Origin: Eledone cirrhosa | Lineage: Eukaryota | Length of the DNA: 64,000 bases | Reading direction: 5' to 3' | NCBI GenBank assembly: GCA_964016885.1 | Contig: OZ024742.1 | Span: 370,698,001-370,762,000, forward strand | Shown here: piece by piece, positions 50,701 to 64,000 of the stretch | Layout: every line of letters starts with the position of its first letter | How positions within the stretch are numbered: position 1 is the first letter of the stretch | Made by a program: the position numbers and the translations under genes | The notes under the pieces: generated by a model | What the model was told of the DNA's origin: nothing | Databases searched by the model: none | The model's input: the letters and a program-made list of their open reading frames with translations, nothing else

Positions 50701-53700
50701 TGAACTTACTGGGTGGTAGGGGCATTGACAGTGTCTGGTGACCTTACAGGGTGGTAGGGGTATTGACAGTGTATGGTGACCCTACATGGTGGTAGGGGCA
50801 TTGACAGAGTCTGGTGACCTTACAGGGTGGTAGGGGTATTGACAGTGTCTCGTGACCTTACAGGGTGTTAGGGGTATTGACAGTGTCTGGTCACCTTACA
50901 GGGTGGTAGGGGTATTGACAGTGTCTGGTGACCTTACAGAGTGGTAGAGGTATTGACAGTGTCTGGCGAACTTACAGGGTGGTAGGTGTATTGACAGTGT
51001 CTGGTGACCTTACAGGGTGGTAGGGGTATTGACAGTGTCTGGCGAACTTACAGGGTGGTAGGTGTATTGACAGTGTCTAGTGACCCTATAGGGTGGTAGG
51101 GGTATTGACTGTGTCTGGTGACCTTACAGGGTGGTAGGGGTATTGACAGTGTCTGGTGAACATACAGGGTGGTAGGGGCATTGAGAGTGTCTGATGACCT
51201 TACAGGGTGGTAGGGGTATTGACAGTGTATGGTGACCCTACATGGTGGTAGGGGCATTGACAGTGTCTGGTGACCATACAGGGTGGTAGGGGCATTGACA
51301 GTGTCTGGTGACCATACAGGGTGGTAGAGGTATTGACAGTGTCTGGTGAGCCTACAGGGTGGTAGGAGTATACACACTGTCTGGTGATCTTACAGGGTGG
51401 TAGGGGCATTGAAAATGTCTGGTGACCTTACAGGGTGGTAGGGGTATTGACAGTGTCTGGTGAACTTACAGGGTGGTAGGTGCATTGACAGTGTCTGGTG
51501 ACTTTACAGGGTGGTAGGCTTATTGACAGTGTCTGGTGACCTTACAGTGTGGTAGGGGCATTGACAGTGTCTGGTGACCTTACAGGGTGGTAGGGGCATT
51601 GTCAGTGTCTGGTGACCCTATAGGGTGGTAGGGACATTGACAGTGCCTGGTGACCCTACAGGGTGGTAGGGGCATTGACAGTGTCTGGTGACCTTACAGG
51701 GTGGTAGCGGCATTGACAGTGTCTGGGGACCTTACAGGGTGGTAGGGGTATTGACAGTGTCTGGTGAACATACAGGGTGGTAGGGACATTGAGAGTGTCT
51801 GGTGACCTTACAGGGTGGTAGGGGTATTGACAGTGTCTGTTGACCCCACAGGCTGGTAGGTGTATTGACAGTGGCTGGTGAACTTACAGGGTGGTAGGGG
51901 CATTGACAGTGTCTGGTGACCTTACAGGGTGGTAGGGGAATTGACAGTGTCTGATGACCCTACAGGGTGGTAGGTGTATTGACAGTGTATGGTGACCTTA
52001 CCGAGTGGTAGGGTTATTGACAGTGTATGGTGACCCTACAGGTTGGTAGGGGTATTGACAGTGTCTGGTGACCCTACAGGGTGGTAGGTGCATTGACAGT
52101 GTCTGGTGACCTTACAGGGTGGTAGGGGTATTGACAGTGTCTGGTGAGCCTACAGGGTGGTAGGAGTATACACAATGTCTGGTGACCTTACAGGGTGGTA
52201 GGGGCATTGACAATGTCTGGTGACCTTACAGTGTGGTAGGGGCATTGACAGTGTCTGTTGACCTTACAGGGTGGTAGGGGCATTGACAGTGTCTGGTGAC
52301 CCTATAGGGTGGTAGGGACATTGACAGTGTCTGGTGACCCTACAGGGAGGTAGGGGTGTTGACAGTGTCTGGTGACCTAACAGGGTGGTAGGGGTATTGA
52401 CAGTGTCTGGTGATCCTATAGGGATGTAGGGTTATTGACAGTGTATGGTGACCCTATAGTGTGGTAGGGGTATTGACAGTGTATAGTGACCCTACAGGGT
52501 GGTAGGGGTATTGACAGTGTTTGGTGACCCTACAGAGTGGTAGGGACATTGACAGTGTCTGGTGACCTTACAGGGTGGTAGGGGTATTGACAGTGTCTGG
52601 TGACCCTATAGGGATGTAGGGGTATTGAGAGTGTATCGTGACCCTATAGGGTAGTAGGGGTATTGACAGTGAATAGTGACCCTACAGGGTGGTAGGAGTA
52701 TACACAATGTCTGGTGACCTTACAGGGTGGTAGGGGCATTGAAAATGTCTGGTGACCTTACAGGGTGGTAGGGGCATTGACAGTGTATGGTGACCTTACA
52801 GGGTGGTAGATTTATTGACAGTGTCTGGTGACCTTACAGGGTGGTAGGGGTATTGACAGTGTATGGTGACCCTACATGGTGGTAGGGGCATTGACAGTGT
52901 CTGGTGACCATACAGGGTGGTAGGGGCATTGACAGTGTCTGGTGACCTTACAGGGTGGTAGAGGTATTGACAATGTCTGGTGAGCCTACAGGGAGGTAGG
53001 GGCATTGACAGTGTCTGGTGAACTTACTGGGTGGTAGGGGCATTGACAGTGTCTGGTGACCTTACAGGGTGGTAGGGGTATTGACAGTGTATGGTGACCC
53101 TACATGGTGGTAGGGGCATTGACAGAGTCTGGTGACCTTACAGGGTGGTAGGGGTATTGCCAGTGTCTGGTGACCCTACAGGGTGGTAGGGGCATTGACA
53201 GTGTCTGGTGACCTTACAGGGTGGTAGGGGCATTAACAGTGTCTGGTGACCTTACAGGGTGGTAGGGGCATTGACAGTGTCTGGTGACCTTACAGGGTGG
53301 TAGAGGTATTGACAATGTCTGGTGACCTTACAGGGTGGTAGAGGCATTGACAGTGTATGGTGACCCTACAGGGTGGTAGGGGCATTGACAGTGTCTGGTG
53401 AACTTACTGGGGGGTAGGGGTATTGACAGTGTCTGGTGACCTTACAGGGTGGTAGGGGTATTGAAAGTGTCTGGTGACCTTACAGGGTGTTAGGGGTATT
53501 GACGGTGTCTGGTGACCTTACAGGGTGGTAGGGTTATTGACAGTGTATGGTGACATTACAGCGTGGTAGGGGTATTGACAGTGTCTGGTGACATTACAGG
53601 GTGGTAGGGGTATTGTCAGTGTATGGTGAACTTACTGGGTGGTAGGGGTATTGACAGTGTATGGTGACATTACAGCATGGTAGGGGTATTGACAGTGTCT

Positions 53701-56700
53701 GGTGACCCTACAGGGAGGTAGGTGTATTGACAGTGTCTGGTGACCATATAGGGTGGTAGGGGCATTGACAGTGTTTGGTGACCCTACAGAGTGGTAGGGA
53801 CATTGACAGTGTCTGGTGACCCTATAGGGATGTAGGGGTATTGAGAAAGTATGGTGACCTTATAGGGTGGTAGGGGTATTGACAGTGAATGGTGACCCTA
53901 CAGGATGATAGGGGTATTGACAGTGTCTAGTGACCCTATAGGGTGGTAGGGGTATTGACAGTGTCTGGTGACCTTACAGGGTGGTAGGGGCATTGACAAT
54001 GTCTGGTGACCTTACTGGGTGGTAGGGGCATTGACAGTGTCTGGTGACCTTACAGGGTGGTAGGGGTATTGACAGTGTCTGTTAAACATACAGGGTGGTA
54101 GGGGCATTGAGAGTGTCTGGTGACCTTACAGGGTGGTAGGGGTATTGACAGTGTCTGGTGACCACACAGGGTGGTAGGGGTATTGACAGTGTCTGGTGAA
54201 CTTACAGGGTGGTAGGGGCATTGATAGTGTCTGGTGACCTTACAGGGTGGTAGGGGTATTGACAGTGTCTGATGACCCTACAGGGTGGTAGGTGTATTGA
54301 CTGTGTATGGTGACCTTACAGAGTGGTAGGGTTATTGACAGTGTATGGTGACCCTACAGGGTGGTAGGGGTATTGACATTGTCTGGTGAGCCGACAGGGA
54401 GGTAGGAGTATACACACTGTCTGGTGACCTTACAGCGTGGTAGGGGCATTGACAATGTCTGGTGACCTTACATGGTGGTAGGGGTATTGACAGTGTTTGG
54501 TGAACTTACAGTGTAGTAGGGGCATTGACAGTGTCTCGTGAACTTACAGGGTGGTAGGGACATTGACAGTGTCTGGTGACCCTATAGGGTGGTAGGGACA
54601 TTGACAGTGTCTGGTGACCCTACAGGGAGGTAGGGGTGTTGACAGTGTCTGGTGACCATATAAGGTGGTAGGGGCATTGACAGTGTCTGGTGACCATAGA
54701 GGATTGTAGGGGCATTGACAGTGTCTGGTGACCTTACAGGGTGGTAGGGGCATTGACAATGTCTGGTGACCTTACAGTGTGTTAGGGGCATTGACAGTGT
54801 CTGGTGACCTTACAGGGTGGTAGGGACATTGACAGTGTCTGGTGACTCTATAGCCTGGTAGGGACATTGACAGTGTCTGGTGACCCTACAGGGAGGTAGG
54901 GGTGTTGACAGTGTCTGGTGACCTTACAGGGTGGTAGGGGTATTGACAGTGTCTGGTGACCCTATAGGGATGTAGGGGTATTGACAGTGTATGGTGACCC
55001 TATAGGGTGGTAGGGGTATTGACAGTGTATGGTGACCCTACAGGGTGGTAGGGGTATTGACAGTGTCTGGTGACCATATAGGGTGGTAGGGGCATTGACA
55101 GTGTTTGGTGACCCTACAGAGTGGTAGGGACATTGACAGTGTCTGGTGACCTTACAGGGTGGTAGGGGTATTGACAGTGTCTGGTGAACCTATAGGGATG
55201 TAGGGGTATTGAGAGTGTATGGTGACCCTATAGGGTAGTAGGGGTATTGACAGTGAATGGTGACCCTACAGGGTGGTATGGGTATTGACAGTGTCTGGTG
55301 ACCTTACAGGGTGTTAGGGGTATTGACAGTGTCTGGTCACCTTACAGGGTGGTAGGGGTATTGACAGTGTCTGGTGACCTTACAGGGTGGTAGGGGTATT
55401 GAAAGTGTCTGGTGACCTTACAGGTTGTTAGGGGTATTGACGGTGTCTGGTGACCTGACAGGGTGGTAGGGGTATTGACAGTGTCTGGTGAGCCTACAGG
55501 GTGGTAGGAGTATACACACTGTCTGGTGATCTTACAGGGTGGTAGGGGCATTGAACATGTCTGGTGACCTTACAGGGTGGTAGGGGTATTGACAGTGTAT
55601 GGTGACCTTACAGTGTGGTAGGGTTATTTACAGTGTCTGGTGACATTACAGGGTGGTAGGTGTATTGACAGTGTATGGTGACCTTACAGGGTGGTAGGGG
55701 TATTGACAGTGTCTCGTGACCTTACAGGTTGTTAGGGGTATTGATAGTGTCTGGTCACCTTACAGGGTGGTAGGGGTATTGACAGTGTCTGGTGACCTTA
55801 CAGAGTGGTAGGGGTATTGACAGTGTCTGGCGACCTTACAGGGTGGTAGGGGTATTGACAGTGTCTGGTGACCTTACAGGGTGGTAGGGGTATTGACAGT
55901 GTCTAGTGACCCTATAGGGTGGTAAGGGTCATTGACAGTGTCTGGTGACCTTACTGGGTGGTAGGGGCATTGACAGTGTCTGGTGACCTTACAGGGTGGT
56001 AGTGGCATTGATAGTGTCTGGGGACCTTACAGGGTGGTAGGGTTATTGACAGTGTCTGGTGAACATACAGGATGGTAGGGGCATTGAGAGTGTCTGGTGA
56101 CCTTACAGGGACGTAGGTGTATTGACAGTGTATGGTGACCCTACAGGGTGGTAGGGGCATTGACAGTGTCTGGTGACCACAGGGTGGTAGGGGCATTGAC
56201 AGTGTCTGGTGACCTTACAGGGTGGTAGGTGTATTGACAGTGTCTGGTGAGCCTACAGGGTGGTAGGAGTATACACACTGTCTGGTGATCTTACAGGGTG
56301 GTAGGGGCATTGAAAATGTCTGGTGAATTTACAGGGTGGTAGGGTTATTGACAGTGTCTGGTGACCTTACAGTGTGTTAGGGGCATTGACGGTGTCTGGT
56401 AACCCTATAGGGTGGTAGGGACATTGACAGTGCCTGGTGACCCTACAGGGTGGTAGGGGCATTGACAGTGTCTGGGGACCTTACAGGCTGGTAGGGGTAT
56501 TGACAGTGTCTGGTGAACATACAGGGTGGTAGGGGCATTGAGAGTGTCTGGTGAACTTACAGGGTGGTAGGGGTATTGACAGTGTCTGGTGACCCCACAG
56601 GCTGGTAGGGGTATTGACAGTGTCTGGTGAACTTACAGGGTGGTAGGGGCATTGACAGTGTCTGGGGACCTTACAGGCTGGTAGGGGTATTGACAGTGTC

Positions 56701-59700
56701 TGGTGAACATACAGGGTGGTAGGGGCATTGACAGTGTCTGGTGACCCCACAGGCTGGTAGGGGTATTGACAGTGTCTGGTGAACTTACAGGGTGGTAGGG
56801 GCATTGACAGTGTCTGGTGACCCCACAGGGTGGTAGGGGTATTGACAGTGTCTGATGACCCTACAGGGTGGTAGGTGTATTGACAGTGTATGGTGACCTT
56901 ACAGAGTGGTAGGGTTATTGACAGTGTATGGTGACCCTACAGGGTGGTAGGGGTATTGACAGTGTCTGGTGACCCTACAGGGTGGTAGGGCCATTGACAG
57001 TGTCTGGTGACAATACAGGATAGTAGGGGCATTGACAGTGTCTGGTGACCTTACAGGGTGGTAGGGGTATTGACAGTGTCTGGTGAGCCTACAGGTTGGT
57101 AGGAGTATACACACTGTCTGGTGACCTTACAGGGTGGAAGGGGCATTGACAATGTCTGGTGACCTTACAGTGTGGTAGGGGCATTGAGAGTGTCTGTTGA
57201 CCTTACAGGGTGGTAGGGGCATTGACAGTGTCTGGTGACCCTATAGGGTGGTAGGGACATTGACAGTGTCTGGTGACCCTACAGGGAGGTAGGGGTGTTG
57301 ACAGTGTCTGGTGACCTTACAGTGTGGTAGGGTTATTGACAGTGTCTGGTGATCCTATAGGGATGTAGGGTTATTGACAGTGTATGGTGATCCTATAGTG
57401 TGGTAGGGGTATTTACACTGTCTCGTGACCCTACAGGGTTGTAGGGGTATTGACGGTGTCTGGTGACTTTACAGGGTGGTAGGGGTATTGACAGTGTCTG
57501 GGGACCTTACAGGCTGGTAGGGGCATTGACAGTGTCTGGTGACCTTACAGGGTGGTAGGGGTATTGACAGTGTCTGGTGACGCTACAGGGTGGTAGGTGT
57601 ATTGACAGTGTATGGTGACATTAAGGGTGGTAGGGGTATTGACACTGTATGGTGACCCTACAGGGTGGTAGGGGCATTGACAGTGTCTGGTGACCTTACA
57701 GGGTGGTAGGGGCATTGACAGTGTCTGGTGACCATACAGGGTGGTATGGGCATTGACAGTGTCTGGTGACCTTACAGGGTGGTAGGGTTATTGACAGTGT
57801 CTGGTCACCTTACAGGGTGATAGGGGTATTGACAGTGTCTGGTGACCCTACAGGGTGGTAGGGCTATTGACAGTGTCTGGTGACCCTACAGCGTGGTAGG
57901 GGCATTGACAGTGTCTGGTGACCTTAGAGGGTGGTAGGGGCATTGACAGTGTCTGATGACCTTACAGGGTGGTAGGGGTATTGACAGTGTCTGGTGACCC
58001 TACAGGGTGGTAGTATTATTGATAGTGTCTGGTGACCCTAGGGTGGTAGGGGTATTGTCAGTGTATGGTGACCCTATAGGGTGGTAGGGGTATTGACAGT
58101 GTCTGGTGACCTTACAGGGTGGTAGGGGCATTGACAGTGTCTGGTGACCATACAGGGTGGTATGGGCATTGACAGTGTCTGGTGACCTTACAGGGTGGTA
58201 GGGGTATTGACAGTGTCTGGTGAGCCTACAGGGTGGTAGGAGTATACACACTGTCTAGTGACCTTACAGGGTGGTAGGGGCATTTACAATGTCTGTTGAC
58301 CTTACAGGGTGGTAGGGGTACTGACAGTGTCTGGTGAACTTACAGGGTGGTAGGTGCATTGACAGTGTCTAGTGACTTTACAGGGTGGTAGGGGTATTGA
58401 CAGTGTGACAGTGTCTGGTGACCTTGTACGGTGGTAGGTTCATTGACAGTGTCTGGTGACCCTACAGTGAGGTAGGGTTGTTGACAGTGTCTGGTGACCA
58501 TATAGGGTGGTAGGGGCATTGACAGTGTTTGGCGACCCTACAGATTGGTAGGGACATTGACAGTGTCTGGTGACCTTACAGGGTGGTAGGGTTATTGACA
58601 GTGTCTGGTGACTCTACATGGTGGTAGGGGCATTGACAGTGTCTGGTGACCCTAAAAGGTGGTAGGGGTATTGACAGTGTATGCTGACCGTAATGGGTGG
58701 TAGGGGTATTGACGGTGTATGGTGACATTACAGGGTGGTAGGGGTGTTGACAGTGTCTGCTCACCTTACAGGGTGGTAGGGGTATTGACAGTGTCTGGTG
58801 ACCCTACAGGGTGGTAGGGGTATTGACAGTGTTTGGTGATCTTACAGGGTGGTAGGGGTATTGACAGTGTTTGGTGATCTTACAGGGTGGTAGGGGTATT
58901 GACAGTGTCTGGTGACCTTACAGGGTGGTAGGGGTGTTGACAGTGTATGGTGACCCTATAGGGTGGTAACGGGTATTGACAGTGTCTGGTGACCCTACAG
59001 GATGTTAGGGGTATTGACAGTGTCTGGTGACCCTACAGGTTGGTAGGGGTATTGACAGTTTCTGGTGACCCTACAGGGTGGTAGGGGCATTGACAGTGTC
59101 TGGTGACCTTACAGGGTGGTAGGGGCATTGACAGTGTCTGGTGACCTTACAGGGTGGTAGAGGCATTGACAGTGTCTGGTGACCTTACAGGGTGGTAGGG
59201 GCATTGACAGTGTCTGGTGACCTTACATGGTGGTAGGGGTATTGACAGTGTATGGTGACCTTACAGGGTGGTAGGGGTATTGTCAGTGTATGGTGACCTT
59301 ATAGGGTGGTAGGGATATTGACAGTGTATGGTGACATTACAGGGTGGTAGGGGTATTGACAATGTATGGTGATCTTACAGGGTGGTAAGTGTATTGACAG
59401 TGTATGGTGAGCTTACAGGGTGGTAGGGGCATTGGCAGTGCCTGATGACCTTACAGGGTGGTAGGGGTTTTGACAGTGTCTGGTGACCCTACAGGTTGGT
59501 AGGGGTATTGACAGTGTCTGGTGACCCTGCAGGGTGGTAGGGGCATTGACAGTGTCTGGTGACCTTACAGGGTGGTAGGGTTATTGACAGTGTCTGGTGA
59601 CCTTACAGGGTGGTAGGGGTATTGTCAGTGTATGGTGACCTTATAGGGTGGTAGGGGTATTGACAGTGTCTGGTGACCTTACAGGGTGGTAGGGATATTG

Positions 59701-62700
59701 ACAGTGTATGGTGACACTACAGGGTGGTAGGCGTATTGACAGTGTATGGTGACCTTACAGGGTGGTAGGGGTATTGACAATGTATGGTGATCTTACAGGG
59801 TGGTAAGTGTACTGACAGTGTATGGTGACCTTACAGGGTGGTAGGGGTATTGACAGTGTCTGGTGACCTTACAGGGTAGTAGGGGCATTGACAGTGTATG
59901 GTGACCCTAAAGGGTGGTAGGGGCATTGACAGTGTCTGGTAACCTTAACAGGGTGGTACGGGCATTGACAGTGTCTTGTGAACTTACAGGGTGGTAAAGG
60001 TATTGACAGTGTATGGTGACCCTACAGGGTGGTAGGGCTATTGACAGTGTCTGGTGACACCATAGGGTGGTAGGGGTATTGACAGTGTCTGGTGACCTTA
60101 CAGGGTGGTAGGGGTATTGAGAGTGTCTGGTGACCCTACATGGTGGTAGGGGCATTGACAGTGTCTGGTGACCCTATAGGGTGGTAGGGGTATTCACAGC
60201 GTATGGTGACCTTACAGGGTGGTAGGGGTATTGACAGTGTATGGTGAGCTTATAGGGTGGTGGGGTATTGACAGTGTCTGGTGACCCTACAGGGTGGTAG
60301 GGGTATTGACAATGTCTGGTGACCCTATAGGGTGGTACGGGTATTGACATTGTATGGTGACCCTATAGGGTGGTAGGGGTATTGACAGTGTATGGTGATC
60401 CTACAGGGTGGTAGTGGTATTGACAGTGTCTGGTGACCCTACAGGGTGGTAGGTGCATTGAGGGTGTCTGGTGAACTTAACATGGTGGTAGGTGTGTTGA
60501 CACTGTCTGGTGACCTCACAGGGTGGTAGGGGTATTGACAGTGTCTGGTGACCTTACAGTGTGGTAGTGGTATTGACAGTGTATGGTGACGTTACAGGGT
60601 GGTAGGGGTATTGACAGTGTCTGGTGAACTTACAGGGTAGTAGGGGCATTGACAGTGTATGGTGACCTTACAGGGTGGTAGGGGTATTGACAGTATATGG
60701 TGACCTTACAGGGTGATAGGGGTATTGACAGTGTATGGTGACCTTACAGGGTGGTAGGGGTATTGACAGTATATGGTGACCTTACAGGGTGATAGGGGTA
60801 TTGACAGTGTATGGTGACCTCACAGGGTGGTAGGGGTATTGACAGTGTATGGTGACCTTACAGGGTGGTAGACGTATTGAAAGTGTCTGGTGACCTTACA
60901 GTGTGGTAGGGGCATTGACAGTGTATGGTGACCCTACAGGGTGGTACGGGCATTGACAGTGTCTGGTAACCTTACAGGGTGGTAGGGCTATTGACAGTGT
61001 CTGGTGACCCTACAGGCTGGTAGGGGCATTGGCAGTGTCTAGTGACCTACAGGTTGGTAGGGGTATTGACAGTGTCCAGTGACCGTACAGGGTGGTAGGG
61101 GTATTGACAGGGTCTGCTGACCTTACAGAGTGGTAGGGGCTTTGACATTGTCTGGTGACCCTACAGGGTGGTAGGGGTATTGACAGTGGCTGGTGACCTT
61201 ACAGGGTGTTAGGGGTATTGATAGTGCCTGGTGAGCTTACAGGGTGGTAGGGTTTATTGACAGTGTCTGGTGACATTACAGGGTCGTAGGGGTATTGACA
61301 GTGTATGGTGACCTTACAGGGTTGTAGGGGCATTGACAGTGTATGGTGACCTTACAGGGTGGTAGGGGAATTGACAGTGTGTGGTGACCCTACAGGGTGG
61401 TACGGGCATTGACAGTGTCTGGTGACCTTACAGGGTGGTAGTGGTAATGACAGTGTATGGTGAACCTACAGGGTGGTAGGGGTATTGACAGTGTCTGGTG
61501 ACCCTAGGGTGGTAGGGGTATTGACAGTGTATGGTGACCCTATAGGGTGGTAGGGGTATTGACAGTGTCTGGTGACCTTACAGGTTGGTAGGGGCATTGA
61601 CAGTGTCTGGTGACCATACAGGGTGGTATGAGCATTGACAGTGTCTGTTGACCTTACAGGGTGGTAGGGGTATTGACAGTGTCTGGTGAGCCTACAGGGT
61701 GGTAGGAGTATAGACACTGTCTGGTGACCTTACAGGGTGGTAGGGGCATTTACAATGTCTGGTGACCTTACAGTGTGGTAGGGACATTGACAGTGTCTAG
61801 TGACTTTACAGGGTGGTAGGGGTATTGACAGTGTATGCTGACCGTAATGGGTGGTAGGGGTATTGACAGTGTCAGGTGAACTTACAGGGTGGTAGGTGCA
61901 TTGACAGCGTCTAGTGACTTTACAGGGTGGTAGGGGTATTGACAGTGTATGCTGACCGTAATGGGTGGTAGGGGTATTGACAGTGTCTGGTGACCCTACT
62001 GGATGGTAGGTGTATTGACAGTGTCTGGTGACCCTACAGGATGGTAGGGGTATTGACAGTGTCCGGTGACCCGACAAGGTGGTAGGGGCATTGACAGTGT
62101 CTGATGACCTTACAGGGTGGTAGGGGTATTGACAGTGTCTGGTGACCCTATAGGTTGGTAGGGGTATAGACAGTGTCTGTGACCCTACAGGGTGGTAGGG
62201 GCATTGACAGTGTCTGGTGACCTTACAGGGTGGCAGGGTTATTGACAATGTCTGGTGACCTTATAGGGTGGTAGGGGTGTTGACAGTGTCTGGTAACCTT
62301 AACAGGGTGGTACGGGCATTGACAGTGTCTTGTGACCTTACAGGGTGGTAGGGGCATTGACAGTATCTGATGACCTTACAGGGTGGTAGGGGTATTGACA
62401 GTGTATGGTGACCCTACAGGGTGGTAGGGCTATTGACAGTGTCTGGTGACCCTACAGGATGGTAGGGGTATTGACAGTGTCTGGTGACCCTACAAGGTGG
62501 TAGGGGCATTGACAGTGTCTGGTGACCTTACAGGGTGGTAGGGGCATTGACAGTGTCTGATGACCTTACAGGGTGGTAGGGGTATTGACAGTGTTGGTGA
62601 CCCTACAGGTTGGTAGGGGTATTGACAGTGTCTGGTGACCCTACAGGGTGGTAGGGGCATTGACAGTGTCTGGTGACCTTACAGGGTGGTAGGGTTATTG

Positions 62701-64000
62701 ACAGCGTCTGGTGACCTTACAGGGTGGTAGGGGTATTGTCAGTGTATGGTGACCTTATAGGGTGGTAGGGGTATTGACAGTGTCTGGTGACCTTACAGGG
62801 TGGTAGGGATATTGACAGTGTATGGTGATCTTACAGGGTGGTAAGTGTATTGACAGTGTATGGTGACCTTACAGGGTGGTAGGGGCATTGACAGTGTATG
62901 GTGATCTTACAGCGTGGTAGGGGTATTGACAGTGTCTGGTGACCTTACAGGGTGGTAGGGGTATTGACAGTGTCTGGTGACCTTACAGGATGGTAGGGGT
63001 GTTCACAGTGTCTGGTGACCCTATAGGGTTTTAGGGGTATTGACAGTGTCTGGTGACCTTACAGGGTAGTAGGGGTATTGAGAGTGTCTGGTGACCCTAC
63101 ATGGTGGTAGGGGCATTGACAGTGTCTGGTGACCCTAAAGGGTGGTAGGGGTATTGACAGTGTCTGGTGACACTACAGGGTGGTAGGGGTATTGACAATG
63201 TCTGGTGACCCTATAGGGTGGTACGGGTATTGACATTGTATGGTGACCCTATATGTTGGTAGGGGTATTGACAGTGTATGGTGATCCTACAGGGTGGTAG
63301 GGGTATTGAAAGTGTCTGGTGACCCTACAGGGTGGTAGGTGCATTGAGAGTGTCTAGTGGCCTTAACATGGTGGTAGGGGTGTTGACACTGTCTGGTGAC
63401 CTTACAGGGTGGTAGTGGTATTGACAGTGTATGGTGACGTTACAGTGTGGTAGGGGTATTGACAGTGTCTGGTGAACTTACAGGGTGGTAGGGGCATTGA
63501 CAGTGTATGGTGACCTTACAGGGTGGTAAGGGTATTGACAGTGTATTGTGACCTTACAGGGTGGTAGGGGCATTGGCAGTGTCTAGTGACCTACAGGTTG
63601 GTAGGGGTTTGACAGTGTCTAGTGACCGTACAGGGTGGTAGGGGTATTAACAGGGTCTGCTGACCTTACAGAGTGGTAGGGGCTTTGACAGTGTCTGGTG
63701 ACCCTACAGGGTGGTAGGGGTATTGACAGTGGCTGGTGACCTTACAGGGTGTTAGGGGTATTGACAGTGTCTGGTGACCTTACAGGGTGGTAGAGTTTAT
63801 TGACAGTGTATGGTGACATTACAGGGTCGTAGGGGTATTGACAGTGTATGGTGACCTTACAGGGTTGTAGGGTCATTGACAGTGTATGGTGACCTTACAG
63901 GGTGGTAAGGGTATTGAAAGTGTATGGTGAACTTACAGTGTGGTAGGGGTATTGACAGTGTCTGGTGACCCTAGGGTGGTAGGGGTATTGACAGTGTATG
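29704..64000. repeat. 38-bp G-rich tandem satellite (array B), ~900 monomers, truncated by the window end
   Basis: Head-to-tail TAGGGGYATTGACAGTGTCTGGTGACCYTACAGGGTGG, with first copies at 29704 and 29742. It is more heterogeneous than array A and has rare indels. Confidence 0.99.

Noticed and set aside
29731-62248. Minus-strand Cys/His/Pro-rich ORFs (e.g. PPCRVTRHCQYPYHP) as zinc-finger or metal-binding proteins
   Set aside because: They are translations of a 38-bp unit cycling through three frames with regular stops, and show no C2H2 spacing or linker.
1-64000. CRISPR array (repeat lengths of 38-39 bp with palindromes)
   Set aside because: Monomers abut directly with no unique spacers, there are no cas genes, and the context contains eukaryotic LINEs and microsatellites.
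29704-64000. TTGACA as repeated bacterial -35 promoter boxes
   Set aside because: There is no consistent TATAAT at 16-18 bp, and the context is eukaryotic satellite.
29704-64000. True telomeric repeat tract or RSS heptamers (GACAGTG vs CACAGTG)
   Set aside because: TTAGGG occurs only as isolated variants. The heptamer lacks the essential first C and no nonamer is present.

Overview
This is eukaryotic, gene-free, repeat-dominated DNA. From recall of the interspersed repeats it is probably a mollusc such as octopus, which I have not verified. There are three blocks. (1) Positions 1-25930 are a 39-bp tandem satellite of about 665 monomers (consensus ACTCCTCATATAGTGGTGGTTCTACCTCAGGTGAGRTAT) with nested multi-kb higher-order duplications. 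(2) Positions ~25931-29703 are a 3.8-kb AT-rich island. It holds a 5'-truncated decayed CR1-type LINE whose ORF2 end has spawned a 13 x 61-bp tandem array, an RTE-like LINE 3' fragment inside a (GAT)n-tailed SINE-like element, an inverted CR1 tail, microsatellites and short local duplications. (3) Positions 29704-64000 are a G-rich 38-bp satellite of about 900 monomers (consensus TAGGGGYATTGACAGTGTCTGGTGACCYTACAGGGTGG). The long ORFs in the track are by-products of repeat periodicity. I find no intact gene or CRISPR array. The most notable observations are these: the 39-bp monomer reads as a complete intron-like unit with a fused acceptor/donor (CAG|GTGAG); it also carries a perfect let-7 8mer site; a minisatellite is caught forming from a LINE via CATG microhomology; and the two large satellites may be related. 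All functional ideas are untested inference.
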